Origin: Chiloscyllium plagiosum
Taxonomy: Eukaryota
Assembly (NCBI RefSeq): GCF_004010195.1
Contig: NC_057720.1
Location: 4,094,785 to 4,131,227, forward strand
Reading direction: 5' to 3'
DNA length: 36,443 nucleotides
The position numbers and the translations under genes were made by a program. Of the stretch, positions 23,304 through 34,004 are shown one piece after another. Within the stretch, counting starts at the first letter, position 1, and each line of letters starts with the position of its first letter. The notes beneath the pieces are model-generated. The model worked only from the letters and a program-made list of their open reading frames with translations, was not told the origin of the DNA and ran no database searches.

Positions 23304-23402
23304 CCTGAAGAGGCACCACTGGACCCAAAATGTTAATTCTGCTTTCTTTCCAGATTTGCTACCAGATCTGATGAGTTTTTCCAGTAATTTCTGTTTTTTG
23401 TT
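23304..23402 (+). mobile_element. Old Penelope-like terminal-repeat fragment
   Basis: cctgaagaggcaccactggacccaaaatgttaa...gagtttttccagtaatttctg. Confidence 0.55.
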
Positions 23403-23567
23403 TAAAATTATTATTAATGAAGGTTTCACCAGCTGACAGGGTGGGATTAGAACACGTCCCTACAACATTAGCCTAACCTCTCGATTAACATACATAGAGG
23501 TCTACAGAACAGTGAAGGGCCCTTCGACTTATTGTGTCTACACTGGTCAAAAACAACCACCTAAATA

Positions 23568-23740
23568 CAGAACAACCTTGATTATCCAAACATCAATTAT
23601 CAAAAAATCGGATTATCTGAACAAGATCTCAAGGTCCTGTGAAAACGCTATCCATTATCTGAACAACATGTTATCCGAACTCTCAGTTATCTGGACAAAA
23701 TACTCCCATCTGTCTCGTTCAGATAATTGAGGTTGTTCTG
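23568..23740. mobile_element. 173-bp MITE, Tc1/mariner superfamily (Tigger/pogo-like)
   Basis: TA|CAGAACAACCTTGATTATCCAAAC ... GTTCAGATAATTGAGGTTGTTCTG|TA gives 24-bp TIRs (20/24 identical) and a TA duplication. It sits in a CR1 tail (about 23495-23930, minus strand). Confidence 0.88.
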
Positions 23741-24399
23741 TATTTTAATCCCAATTTCCAACATTTGGTCTGTGGCCTTCTATTGCAAGTAGGCATCTAA
23801 ACCCTTCTTCAATGTGATGAGAGTTTCTGCCTCTCCCACCCTCACAGCCAGGGAGTTCCAGATTCCCAACACCTTCTGGGTGGAAAAGTTGTTCCTCACA
23901 TCTCCTTTAACCTTCTGTCCCTTACCCTTATAGTCTGGTGATGTTGCCATTACAGCATCATCTACAACTCACACCACTGGCGCCTCCTCCTCCTTTCATT
24001 GCTGAACACAAAATGCATTTTCCCAGCTCCCTTCCATCTTCCCCCCATTAGATAGCGGGAGGAATCTGTGCTTGATGTTTTTATATCAACTGCTGAACAA
24101 TAAACCGACTAATGAGGCTGGATAATTAATGTCAATCAGAGGGCAGCAGGTGCATGAGCTTTTATTCAGGCAGTAATTACTGTGCTGCAGGGTAGGTCAT
24201 ACAGGAAATGCGCATCATTTAATATTTGTTGAGGACTAAAGAACACAAAGGACATTATTACCACTGTATTAGCATGGGACATCAGGGGAACAGCATAAGC
24301 TGCCCCAGGAGATGGTAACTACGAAGAAATTAATATCATTGAAACTGCCCCAGAGAAAGCAGTTTAACAAAAATGTCACAGTTTGTTGTAACTCATATA

Positions 24400-24790
24400 A
24401 AAGAAACAAGGAAAGATATAGGTCTCTGTTGAGTCTTTTATGGTCTAGAATGATGCAAAGTCACATTAAAGCCAATAAAAGGCTTGGGTGATATAGTCAC
24501 TGTTGTAATGTTAGCAGCATAGCAGTCAGACTGAATGAAGCAATCTCCCTATACATAATGATGGTCAGATTACCTGTGCTTTTTAGCAGGTGTTGATATA
24601 TAAATAGTGAGGCAATTGCTGTGCTTTTCTCTGACTAGTTCCATTGGATTTTGTATATTCACCTGAGGGGGCAAACAGGAATGTGGTTCTATATCTGGAC
24701 TGAAAGGTGGTATCTCTGACATTGCAACTCTCGCTCAGTCTTGCGCTGGAGCATCAGAGATCCAGGCCCAATGAGTCACACTGGGCCATT
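24400..24790 (-). mobile_element. Ancient DeuSINE-like relic (SacSINE1/AmnSINE-related)
   Basis: Minus strand ccctcaggtgaatatacaaaatccaatggaacta and acattacaacagtgactata resemble the Deu domain and tail as I recall them. Highly diverged. Confidence 0.55.
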
Positions 24791-25014
24791 TAAAACAAAA
24801 CCTGGTAACTGTCAGAACTTGTTCATCTTTTCAGGACTGTTACCCCACTTGGATCATTGGAAAGGAGTTAAATACAAAACATAAATCCCTGAACCACAGG
24901 AGAACACATCGGTCTTGCCCAGCCAATGGTAGTTGAGTATTTCTGACCTGTTCAAGCCTCATTCTGCCCAATATGGTCCATAGACCTAAACCCAGAAAGT
25001 TTCTATTTTTCCTT

Positions 25015-25688
25015 GATAGTGGAATCACAAGTAGACAGGATAGTGAAGAAGGCATTTGGTATGCTTGCCTTTATTGGTCAATGCAATGGAGTTGGGAGGT
25101 CATGTTAAGGCTGTATAGGACATTGGTTAGGCCACTTTTGGAATACTGCGTGCAATCCTAGCCTCTTTGCTATATGTTGTGAAACTTGAAAAGGGTGCAG
25201 AAAAGATTTACAAGGATGTTGCAAGGGTTGGAGGGTTTGAGCTATAGGGAGAGGCTGAATAGGCTGCGTTTATTTTCCCTGGAGCGTCAGAGACTGAGGT
25301 GTGACCTTCCAGATGTTTATAAAATCATGAGGGGCATGGATAGGGTAAATAGACAAGGTTTTTTTTTCCCCAAGGTAGAGAAGTGCAAAACTAGAGGTCA
25401 CAGTTTAAAAATGAGAGGGGAAAGATTGAAAAGGGACCTAAGGGGCAACTTTTTCACTCAGAGGGTAGTGCGTGTATGGAATGAGCTGCCAGAGGAAGTG
25501 GTGGAGGATGGTACAATTACGGCATTTAAAAGGCATCTGGATGGGTAAATGATTAGGAAGGGTTTAGAGGGATATGGGCCAAATGCTGGCAGGTGGGACT
25601 AGATTAATTTAGGATATCTAGTCATCATGGGCAAGTTGGCCTGAAGGGTCTGTTTCCATGCTGTACATTTCTATGATCCTATGACCCT
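25015..25688 (+). mobile_element. CR1 (HER1-like) 3' fragment
   Basis: Encodes RVQKRFTRML...RGNFFTQRVVRVWNELP, with a ctatga tail. Confidence 0.9.
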
Positions 25689-26134
25689 AGTATACACAAA
25701 CTCTCTATTTTTGCTAAAATTTAACTGCACTGTGAAAACACGGCTATTTTCCTGCAGCCTGAGTGTGCGAGTTATTCACTCAACAGTTATTTGTATTTAT
25801 ATGGCACCTTTAACCGAGTAGATTATCCCAAAACACTCGACAGGAACAAATATGAAAGAAAACTTGACTGCAAACAGCAGAACACTCTGGCTGAAGGGTT
25901 GGCTTTACAGAAGATATACAGAAGAATGTCACACCGCCAGAGAGGTTTAATAATGCAGGGAATGGCCGAAGGGCAGAGTGGCAGTGTTCGTGGATGTTGG
26001 TGAATTTGTTGGCATATTAACCACGGAGGGAGGCGATGGTTTAGTGGAACTATCGTTTAACTATTCATCCAGAAACCCGAGTAATGTGGTAGATGGTGGA
26101 ATTTGAATCAGATAAAAATATGTTTTAATGATGA

Positions 26135-26351
26135 TTTGGAGATGCCGGTGTTGGACAGGGATGGACAAAGTTAAAAATCACACAACACCAAGTCTTAGCC
26201 CAACAAGTTTATTTGGAAGCACTAGCTTTCGGAGCGCTGCTACATCATCAGATAGTCATGACAACCACCTGATGAAGGAGCAGCACTCCGAAAGCTAGTG
26301 CTTCCAAATAAACCTGTTAGACTATAACCTGGTGTGTGATTTTTAACTTCA
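26135..26351. mobile_element. Family B Penelope-like fold-back element with two opposed hammerhead motifs and 11-bp TSD
   Basis: Inverted arms at about 26168-26251 and 26269-26349; tttaatgatga at 26124-26134 and 26352-26362. Confidence 0.85.
26266..26300 (+). ncRNA. Minimal type I hammerhead ribozyme
   Basis: CAC-CUGAUGA-A-GGAG-cagca-CUCC-GAAA-GC-UA-GUG: stem I CAC/GUG, stem II GGAG/CUCC, AGCU palindromic stem III, and a UA cleavage site. Confidence 0.8.
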
Positions 26352-26719
26352 TTTAATGATGACCATGAAACAATTGTTGGGGGGAGAAAACCCATCTGGT
26401 TCACTAATGGCCTTTAGGGAAGAAAATCTGCCATCCTTAGCCAGTCTGGACTCCATGTGACTCCAGACCCACAGCAATGGGGTTGAATCTTCACTACCCT
26501 CTATGCAGTTAGGGATGGCTAATAACTGTTGACTTACCAAGTGATGTCCATGTCCTGTGAATGAATAAAGAAAAACTTTAATTCCATATTTTAAAAAAAA
26601 TTACATTGAAACTCTACCATCTGCTAAGGCAGGATGTAAACCCAGTCCCCAACAACATTAGCCAGTTCACTCAAAGAACAGTCTAATGATAATACCATGA
26701 GGCCACCACCTTCACTTCA

Positions 26720-27682
26720 TATAGAATATAGAACAGTACAGCACAGAACAGGCCCTTCAGCCCACGATGTTGTGCCGACCACTGATCCTCATATATGCAC
26801 CCTCAAATTTCTGTGACCGTATGCATGTCCAGGAGTCTCTTAAATGTCCCCAATAACCTTGCTTCCACAACTGCTGCTGGCAATGCATTCCATGCTCTCA
26901 CAACTCTCTCTGTAAAGAACCCGCCTCTGACATCCCCTCTATACTTTCCTCCAACCAGCTTAAAACTATGACCCCTCGTGTTAGTCATTTCTGCCCTGGG
27001 AAATAGTCTCTGGCTATCGACTCTATCTATGCCTCTCATTACCTTGTATACCTCAATTAGGTCCCCTCTCCTCCTCCTTTTCTCCAATGAAAAACTCAAC
27101 CCCCTGTTAATGAAAGCCAAAACACCATGTGCTTTCTTAACAACCCTGTCCACTTGGGTGGCCATTTTTAGGGATCTATGTACCTGCACACCAAGATCCC
27201 TCTGTTCCTCCACACTGCCAAGAATCCTATCCTTAATCCTGTACTCAGCTTTCAAATTCGACCTTCCAAAATGCATCACCTCGCATTTATCCAGGTTGAA
27301 CTCCATCTGCCACCTCTCAGTCCATCTCTGCATCCTGTCAATGTCCCGCTGCAACCTACAACAGCCCTCTATACTGTCAACGACACCTCCAACCTTTGTG
27401 ACATCTGAAAACTTGCTGATCCATCCTTCAATCCCCTCATCCAAGTCATTAATAAACACCACGCACCACTGACTTCCAGGCAGAATATTTTCCTTCTACT
27501 ACACTCACTGTCTTCTGTTGGCCAGCCAATTCTGTATCCAGACAGCTAAGTTCCCCTGTATCCCATTCCTCCTGACCTTCTGAATGAGCCTACCATGGGG
27601 AACCTTATCAAATGCCTTGCTGAACTCCATATACACCACATCCACAGCTCGACCCTCACCAACTTTTCTAGTCGCATCCTAG
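26720..27682 (-). mobile_element. CR1 RT/3' fragment with internal deletions
   Basis: ORF 26803..27462 (FINDLD, FSDVTK) joins AFINRG directly to FSLEKRR; same subfamily as 3778-6634. Confidence 0.9.
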
Positions 27683-27689
27683 TCACAGA

Positions 27690-27935
27690 CAAGGAGAAAC
27701 TTCTTTACTCAGAGAGTTATTAGGATTTGGAATGTGCTGCCTGGGAGAGCAGGTGTGGGCAGATTCCATCGGAGGTTTCAGAAAAGAGCTGGGTTTATAT
27801 GTGAAAGCTCTTTCACATTTAGATGGTGAGGGAAATGAGGCTGGAGAGTGGGACTAGCTGGGTAGCTCTTTTAGGAGCTTGTACAGACATGATTGAATGG
27901 CCTTTGTCTGTACTGAAAAAATCCATGATTCCATA
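27690..27935 (+). mobile_element. Old CR1 3' end
   Basis: ggagaaacttctttactcagagagtt...tggaatgtgctgcctg. Confidence 0.7.
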
Positions 27936-28584
27936 ATAATTCTTCATGCTAATTCGTTATATAACAGCACCATATATTGGGTCAGGTACATTCTCTGGTT
28001 AGTCACATACAAACCTGGGTGGATATCTGCATCAAATGTGTTGAATGCAGAATATTTACTCGGCCTGGATCTCAGACACGTTATATTTACCAAGACACAC
28101 TGTGGCCAGTCTATTTGTGAAAGTCAGAAATTATGGGTGATGCTGTCTGCCCAGGTCATGCCAACTTCTCAGCATGGCACAGCCCCCTTGCTGGACAGCA
28201 TTTGGTCCTCAATTTCTTTGTGTGCAAGTATCTCTGACCCTTCACTGTTTCTTTTGTATTCTCTGGACTGAATAGTAGAGAGGTGAAATCAGCTGGATTC
28301 TTGTCACTAATTGATCCTTGGGGATGTTGGATTATTTCAATTAACAACTTGAGAAGGGATGGTCAATAAACCATTACCAGTAGCACGTAGAGGGAGCACC
28401 TCAGCACCTTGATATAAAGTGTCTTTATTACAATAATGCTTCCCACAAAATGTTTACTTTCTTTACCTCAATATGATCAACTTTCTCCCATTTCCTTCTC
28501 TGCCTCCTAAAAGTATGTAATTGCTATTCAGCCTCAGCAAGCCCACCAACAGTTCAGTCTTTATTTAGGACTCAGGGAAAAGAA

Positions 28585-29262
28585 CATCATGCCAACAAAT
28601 GCCAGGCAATGACCATCTCCCACAAGAGAGAGTCAATCTACATCCTCTTAATACTTGATGATATTACCATCACTGAATTTCCCATATCAACATCCTGGGG
28701 TAACCACTAACCAGAAACTGAACTGGACTAGCCATATAAACACAGTGGCTTCAAGAGAAGATTAGAAGCTAGGAAGCAAGTAACTCACTTCCTGACTCCT
28801 CAATGTCTGTCCACCAGCTACAAGGACCAAATCAGGAGTGAAAGGGAATACTCCCCATTTGCCTGGACGGGTGCAGCTCCAACAACACTTGAGAAGCCTC
28901 AACATCATCCAGGAAAAGGAAACCTTTTAATTGACCCTCTGCCTATCACCTTCCCTCCCTCAATCACTGATACATAGTGTCACTGTGACACATCTACAAG
29001 ATGCACTGCAGGTGACTCTCCTTGGACACCATCTTCCAAACTTGTGACTTCAGCTTCCTCGCAGGACAACGGCAACAGATACACGAGAACACCACCTCCT
29101 GCAAGTTCCCCTCCAAGCCACTCATCATTCTGACTTGGAAATATGTCGCTGTTCCTTCAGTGTTACTGTGTCAAAATCCTGGAACTCCCTCCCTGACATC
29201 ATGATGATGGGTGTAACAGACACCTCCTAATAGCAATTAGCAACAGGAAATAAATGATGGAC
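28585..29262 (+). mobile_element. 3' end of the older LINE family
   Basis: aacatcctggggtaacc...aaactgaactggactagccatata...cctggaactccctccct, ending gcaattag...aataaatg like the second SINE's tail. Confidence 0.65.
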
Positions 29263-29311
29263 TTTGTGGTATTTTCCCCAGCTGATATCTGCATCTTGTG
29301 TTATCTATCAC

Positions 29312-29903
29312 CTTTATCAGTATGTGGTACCAGTTATCTTTATCAATATGTGGTGCTAATTACATTTATCAGTATGTGGTATTAAATATTTTTATCGATA
29401 TGTGGTACTAGTTACCTTTATTGGTATGTGGTATTAAATATTTTTATCGGTATGTGGTGCTAGTTATCTTTATCAATATATGGTATTAGTTATCTTTATT
29501 AGTATGTCGTACTAATCATCTTTATCAATGTGTGGATTTTAATTATTTTTGTGGTATTAGTTACCTTTACCAGTATGTAGTATTAATTACCTTTATCAGT
29601 ATGTGTTATGAGTCATCTTTATTAATATGTGGTATTAGTTATCTTTATTTGTGTGTGGTACTGGTTACCTTTATCGGACTGTGATACTAGTTTATTTTTA
29701 TCAGTATGTGGTATTGGTTACCTTTATCAGTATGTGATATTAATTATCTTTATCAGTATGTGGAATTAATTATCTTTATCAGTATGTGATATTAATTATC
29801 TTTATCAGTATGTGATATTGGTTACCTTTATCAGTATGTGATATTAATTATCTTTATTAGCATGTGGTACTAGTTATCTATCAGTATATGACATTGGTTA
29901 CCT
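29312..29903. repeat. 26-bp minisatellite, about 22-23 copies
   Basis: Tandem unit CTTTATCAGTATGTGGTAYTAGTTAY with point variants and no unique spacers. Confidence 0.93.
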
Positions 29904-30603
29904 GGGGTAATGCACTGCCACCAAATCTCCTTTGTCTTGGGCCTACCTTGTGATTAGTGATAGACAACAGATCACTGTAGAAAATACACAGAAGAGAAGG
30001 TGTTCTGAGATAACAAGAATTTTTTTGCACGTCCACAATAAGTCCAAATGCTTTTGGCCAGGCAGGATGACGCAAGACTTCAGGGAGCTTTTATAGATAC
30101 ATCTGCTCCCTCTGAAAGCTGGAATCAAGCTCAGACTATGTGTGTGATGTGTGGCAGAACCAATGTAACATGAGCACTAACCCTTTCAGAACTATGACCT
30201 GATACCACAACCTTGCTTTTGACTCCCAAACCTCATGAAACAATGAAAAGTATTCCTCAATATCCACCCACCCTTCCCCTGTATTTCTCAATGACACCAG
30301 ACATGGTGACTGCAAACCAACATTACGAAAAAATATTCTTAGCGGCTGTTGACATCCAAAGAGGGAGCAAACACGTTATTTCTCTGATTAGGATAACAAA
30401 GCCATCTGCTAAAGATTGTTAGTTTTTTTTTGGCTTCCTTTGACAGCAGGGACCTTAATCATGGCCACTAGAGATAATGATTAATCAACTTCCACTCTAC
30501 CTGTCAGTGATTGGAAAAAAAAAACCATAATCAAGTGTTTGTGACAGACCTGGACAGAAACAGCAGGACCATCTATTGAGAAAACACTGCAAAGCCACCA
30601 GCA

Positions 30604-30657
30604 ATGGAACATAAGAGACGCTGCGCTGTTTTACAAATCTTCCCTCTTTTCTTCATG
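30604..30657 (+). CDS. Candidate first coding exon of a secreted or type I membrane protein (signal peptide MEHKRRCAVLQIFPLFFM)
   Basis: Kozak context ccagcaATGG, a basic N-region followed by a hydrophobic stretch, and a consensus donor ATG|GTAAGT at 30658 (phase 0). The surrounding sequence is unique. Confidence 0.6.
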
Positions 30658-31339
30658 GTAAGTAAGTTTGGTTAGTTCCTGAAATATTATAACGTTGATT
30701 AGCATGGAAACCATAACATAGATTAATTTTATTTAACTGAAATAAGTGTAATTGAATGATGAGGGCACTTTTATTAATGATGACCAACTGGAAACAGAGA
30801 AGAGCTGTTTGTGGGAAATAATGAAGATATTACTGAGTATCAAATGTACAGACAAAGAGCACAATGGTGTACTCCTTGACCAGTTGCTCAAACACAGAGT
30901 CTGATTCTATTTACTTCAATGATATGATTTTTCTGTAGTGTCTTTTGATGAAAATACAAGTTCTTTAAAACTCCAGAGAGCCAGTCATCCAGTCAGTCAG
31001 TCAGCATGAGATGACGGTCCTTTCTCATCTTAAATCATTGTCCGTTCCTGATCTATCATAGCGATGAGGTTAATCCAGCTGATGTGATGCTCAGGATCAG
31101 AGGTTGAGGAATCTATTCAGTACACCTGTTTAATGAGTTTCTCTGAGTTTGTAGCCAGGTTTTGTGTCAAACTCAACTTAAAGGAGATACCCTCATGGGA
31201 GATAAATTGGATCAATTACTCCTGGCCCTGACTTAATGGATTGAAACATTCTTCCTAATGCTTGCAATGCAATGAAATAGTAATCAATGAAATTGTGGAC
31301 TAAGTTATGATCTTTCTTTCTTTTATTTTTTTCATGGGT

Positions 31340-32179
31340 AAGTAACAGCAGAAGTAGGCCATTCAGTCCATCGAGTTTGCTCCACCATTCAACAAGATCT
31401 TGGCTGAGCTGATAACCTTCAACTCCACTTTCCTGAAATATTTCCCCATAAGGATTAAAAATCTATCCATCTCAGCTGAACGACTCAGTCTCGCCTCCCT
31501 CTACAATAAAGAATTCCACAGATTCACTCCCCTCTGAGAGAAGAAATTCTTCCGCAGCTCTTTCTCAAATGGCTGACCCCTTCCATAAATATGTAGATAC
31601 AAGTACAGTGCGAGAAAAGGCCCTTTCAGCCCACTATTTCTGTGCTAACTATAATGCCATTCTAAACAATTCCCATCTGTCTGTACAAGGTCTGCATCCC
31701 TCTATTTTCTGCCTGTTCATGTGTCTGTCTAAATGCCTCTTAGACGTTGCTATCACATCTGTTTCTAACACCCGCTCTAGTAATGAGTTCCAAGCACATA
31801 TTGCCATCTGTATAAAACCATGCCTCACACATCTCCTTTAATCTATCCCCCTCTCACTCATGTCCCCTAGTAATTGACATTTCCACTCTCAGAATAAATG
31901 ACCCTGAGTATCCACCCTATCCATGCCTCTCTTCATGTTAATTCCTCTATCAGGTCGTCCCTCAGCCTCTGACTCCAAAACAATCCACGTTTTTCCAACC
32001 ACTCCTTATAACTCATACACTCCAATCCAACAATATCCTGCTAAACCTCTACAATACTCAAAATGTGGCCTAACTAAACCAAATGGGACTATTCTGAGAT
32101 GATGCACTCTGATCCTAGACTCTCCCACAGGGAAAGACAACCACTTGACAGCTAACCTGTCAAGTCTCTGATGAATCTT
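31340..32179 (-). mobile_element. Nested old CR1 3' fragments (continuing at 32578-32815)
   Basis: gaagtaggccattcagtccatcgag tail; ccctatccatgcctctc; aatactcaaaatgtggcctaac. Confidence 0.75.
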
Positions 32180-32295
32180 GATTTGGAGATGCCGGTGTTG
32201 GACAAAGTTAAAAATCACACAACACCAGGTTATAGTTTAATTGGAAGCACACTAGCTTTTGGAGCACCGCTCCTTCATCAGGTGACAATCACCTG
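32180..32295 (-). mobile_element. Family B Penelope-like element with mutated hammerhead
   Basis: Same gatttggagatgccggtgttggac end as 26133. The minus strand reads CAC-CTGATGA-A-GGAGC-ggt-GCTCC-AAAA-GCTA-GTG (GAAA to AAAA). Confidence 0.8.
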
Positions 32296-32577
32296 GGAGG
32301 CATGGTGGCACAGTGGTTAGCTGCCAGAGACCCGACTTCAATTCCTGCCTCAGGCGACTGTCTGTGTGGAGTTTGCACATTCTCCCCGTGTCTGCGTGGG
32401 TTTCCTCCCACAGTCCAAAAATGTGCAGGTTAGGTGAATTGCCCATGCTAAATTGCCCGTAGTGTTAAGTGAAGGGGTAAATGTAGGGGAATGGGTGTGG
32501 GTGGGTTGCCCTTTGGAGGGTTGGTGTGGACTTGTTGGGCCAAAGGGCCTGTTTCCACACTGTAGGTAATCTAATCT
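32296..32577 (+). mobile_element. HE1-type SINE
   Basis: ggtggcacagtggttag head, central domain and tail ctgtaggtaatctaatct. Confidence 0.9.
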
Positions 32578-32825
32578 CCTCTCATTCTTCTAAACTCCAA
32601 TGTGTACAAGCTAAATCTACCCAACCTCTCCTCATAAGACAGTCTCTCCAAACCTGGAGTCACTCCAAAGAACCTTCCCTGAACTGCCTCCAATCTTTCC
32701 TTACACAAGGGGACTAAAACTGTTCACAGTGTCCCAGGTGTCATTTAACTGGTGCCTTTCACTGGTTTGGCAAAACCTCCCTATTTTTAAAATCCATTCC
32801 CAGTGAAATAAAGGCCATAAATTAA

Positions 32826-32925
32826 AAACAGGGAACTGTGGAGAGACTCAGCAGGTCTGCCTGCATCTATGGAGAGAGAATCAAAGTTAATTTTTCGTGT
32901 CCAAGATGACTCTTATTCAGAATTG
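32826..32925 (-). mobile_element. Old Penelope-like terminal-repeat fragment
   Basis: actcagcaggtctgcctgcatctatggagagag...gactcttattcagaatt is the reverse complement of the 540/1749 type. Confidence 0.5.
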
Positions 32926-33185
32926 AAAGGAGCTGGAAAATAATGTTTCTTTATGTTAGTGACAGAGTGAGGAGAAGCGAGTGGAACAGATGGTGAGGGT
33001 GCCCAGGAATAAAGTAAGAGGTGTTAAATACAGTGGTAAAGGAGCAATTCTCCATTCCCCAATTGAGGTGTTTAAGATATTTAAGGAATTGATAAAGTCA
33101 AAGCAAGAAACTATCTTCTCCAGAAGTGAGATGACAATTGAAAACAATGCGAATGTGACTGTTAAGGCTTCATCTTTCTTTTAAG

Positions 33186-33276
33186 GTTATTCAATGTTGG
33201 CATGACTTAGACAACACAGAGTATGACTGTTGGCCCATGGAGCACCCAAATGAGTATAACATGATCGACTGTGCTG
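33186..33276 (+). CDS. Candidate second coding exon of the same gene (VIQCWHDLDNTEYDCWPMEHPNEYNMIDCA+1 nt)
   Basis: Acceptor cttcatctttcttttaag (AG at 33184-33185), a 91-nt open frame starting in phase 0 that matches exon 1, and donor G|GTAAGA at 33277. The composition is protein-like within AT-rich flanks. Confidence 0.65.
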
Positions 33277-33734
33277 GTAAGATCCCATGTCACTTCCTCG
33301 GGAAAGCCTGTAACCTTTAAGGCACAGTCCATATGTACATGTGATCGACTGGGAAATGTTTTAGATTTTAAAAGGAAGAAATTCCATGTAGTGTGTTCAA
33401 CCTTAATGTTCTTTAACATCTTTTTTGAATTAAAACTTTATTAGAAATCATTTCAGAAAATAAAACCTATGATACCCACGACTGACTTAAAAGTAATGAC
33501 CAATGCTTGAAATATTAATACTTGCTGAAAAGCATTTGGTGCAATGTGCAAATTCCTTATGAAAACTGTATGACAAAAAATAGATTTCTTTCTTATCAAT
33601 AACACATTTTTTGCCAACTATTTAATTGAAGATTCAATTTAGCAAGTCAGAATTTGACTTAAGTTAAACTTATAGATTGGAGTGAAAGTTATAACAGTGA
33701 TCAAGTAGTAAAATAAATGTCCTGAAATAAATAT

Positions 33735-33852
33735 CCTGGATGATGATGGGATAGTGTAGGGGGACGAGCTAAGAATAGTTCACAGGTTGACGCAACATCG
33801 AGGGCCGAAGGGCTTGATCTGTGCTGTATTGTTCTATGTTCTATGTTCTATA
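33735..33852 (+). mobile_element. CR1 3' tail with (gttctat)n
   Basis: caacatcgagggccgaaggg...tgttctatgttctatgttcta. Confidence 0.8.
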
Positions 33853-34004
33853 CTGACTATTGTCATCAATTGAATTAAACTAGTCTGACTATAGTGATTT
33901 GTACGTTTTCACTTAGTTTTCTTACCCCCAGACTATTTTGTGGTTTTGTTTCCTGTGAGATGTGAACCCTGGCAAGTGCTGTCCTTGGTGTACATCTCTG
34001 TTTA

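Larger units (their letters stand above)
26030..26575 (+). mobile_element. Second SINE family copy, interrupted by a family B element
   Basis: Box A-like atggtttagtgg, body matching the reverse complement of 2668-3028, ending gaatgaataaagaaaaa. Confidence 0.75.

Noticed and set aside
27897..28271. 124-aa ORF in partly unique sequence
   Set aside because: It starts in a CR1 tail and has no recognisable domain or convincing splice boundaries.
29312..29903. CRISPR-like periodic array
   Set aside because: Units are directly tandem with no unique spacers, there are no cas genes, and the context is vertebrate.
33932..34004. Possible third exon after acceptor ttttcttacccccag
   Set aside because: No convincing GT donor before the CR1 begins, so it cannot be supported.
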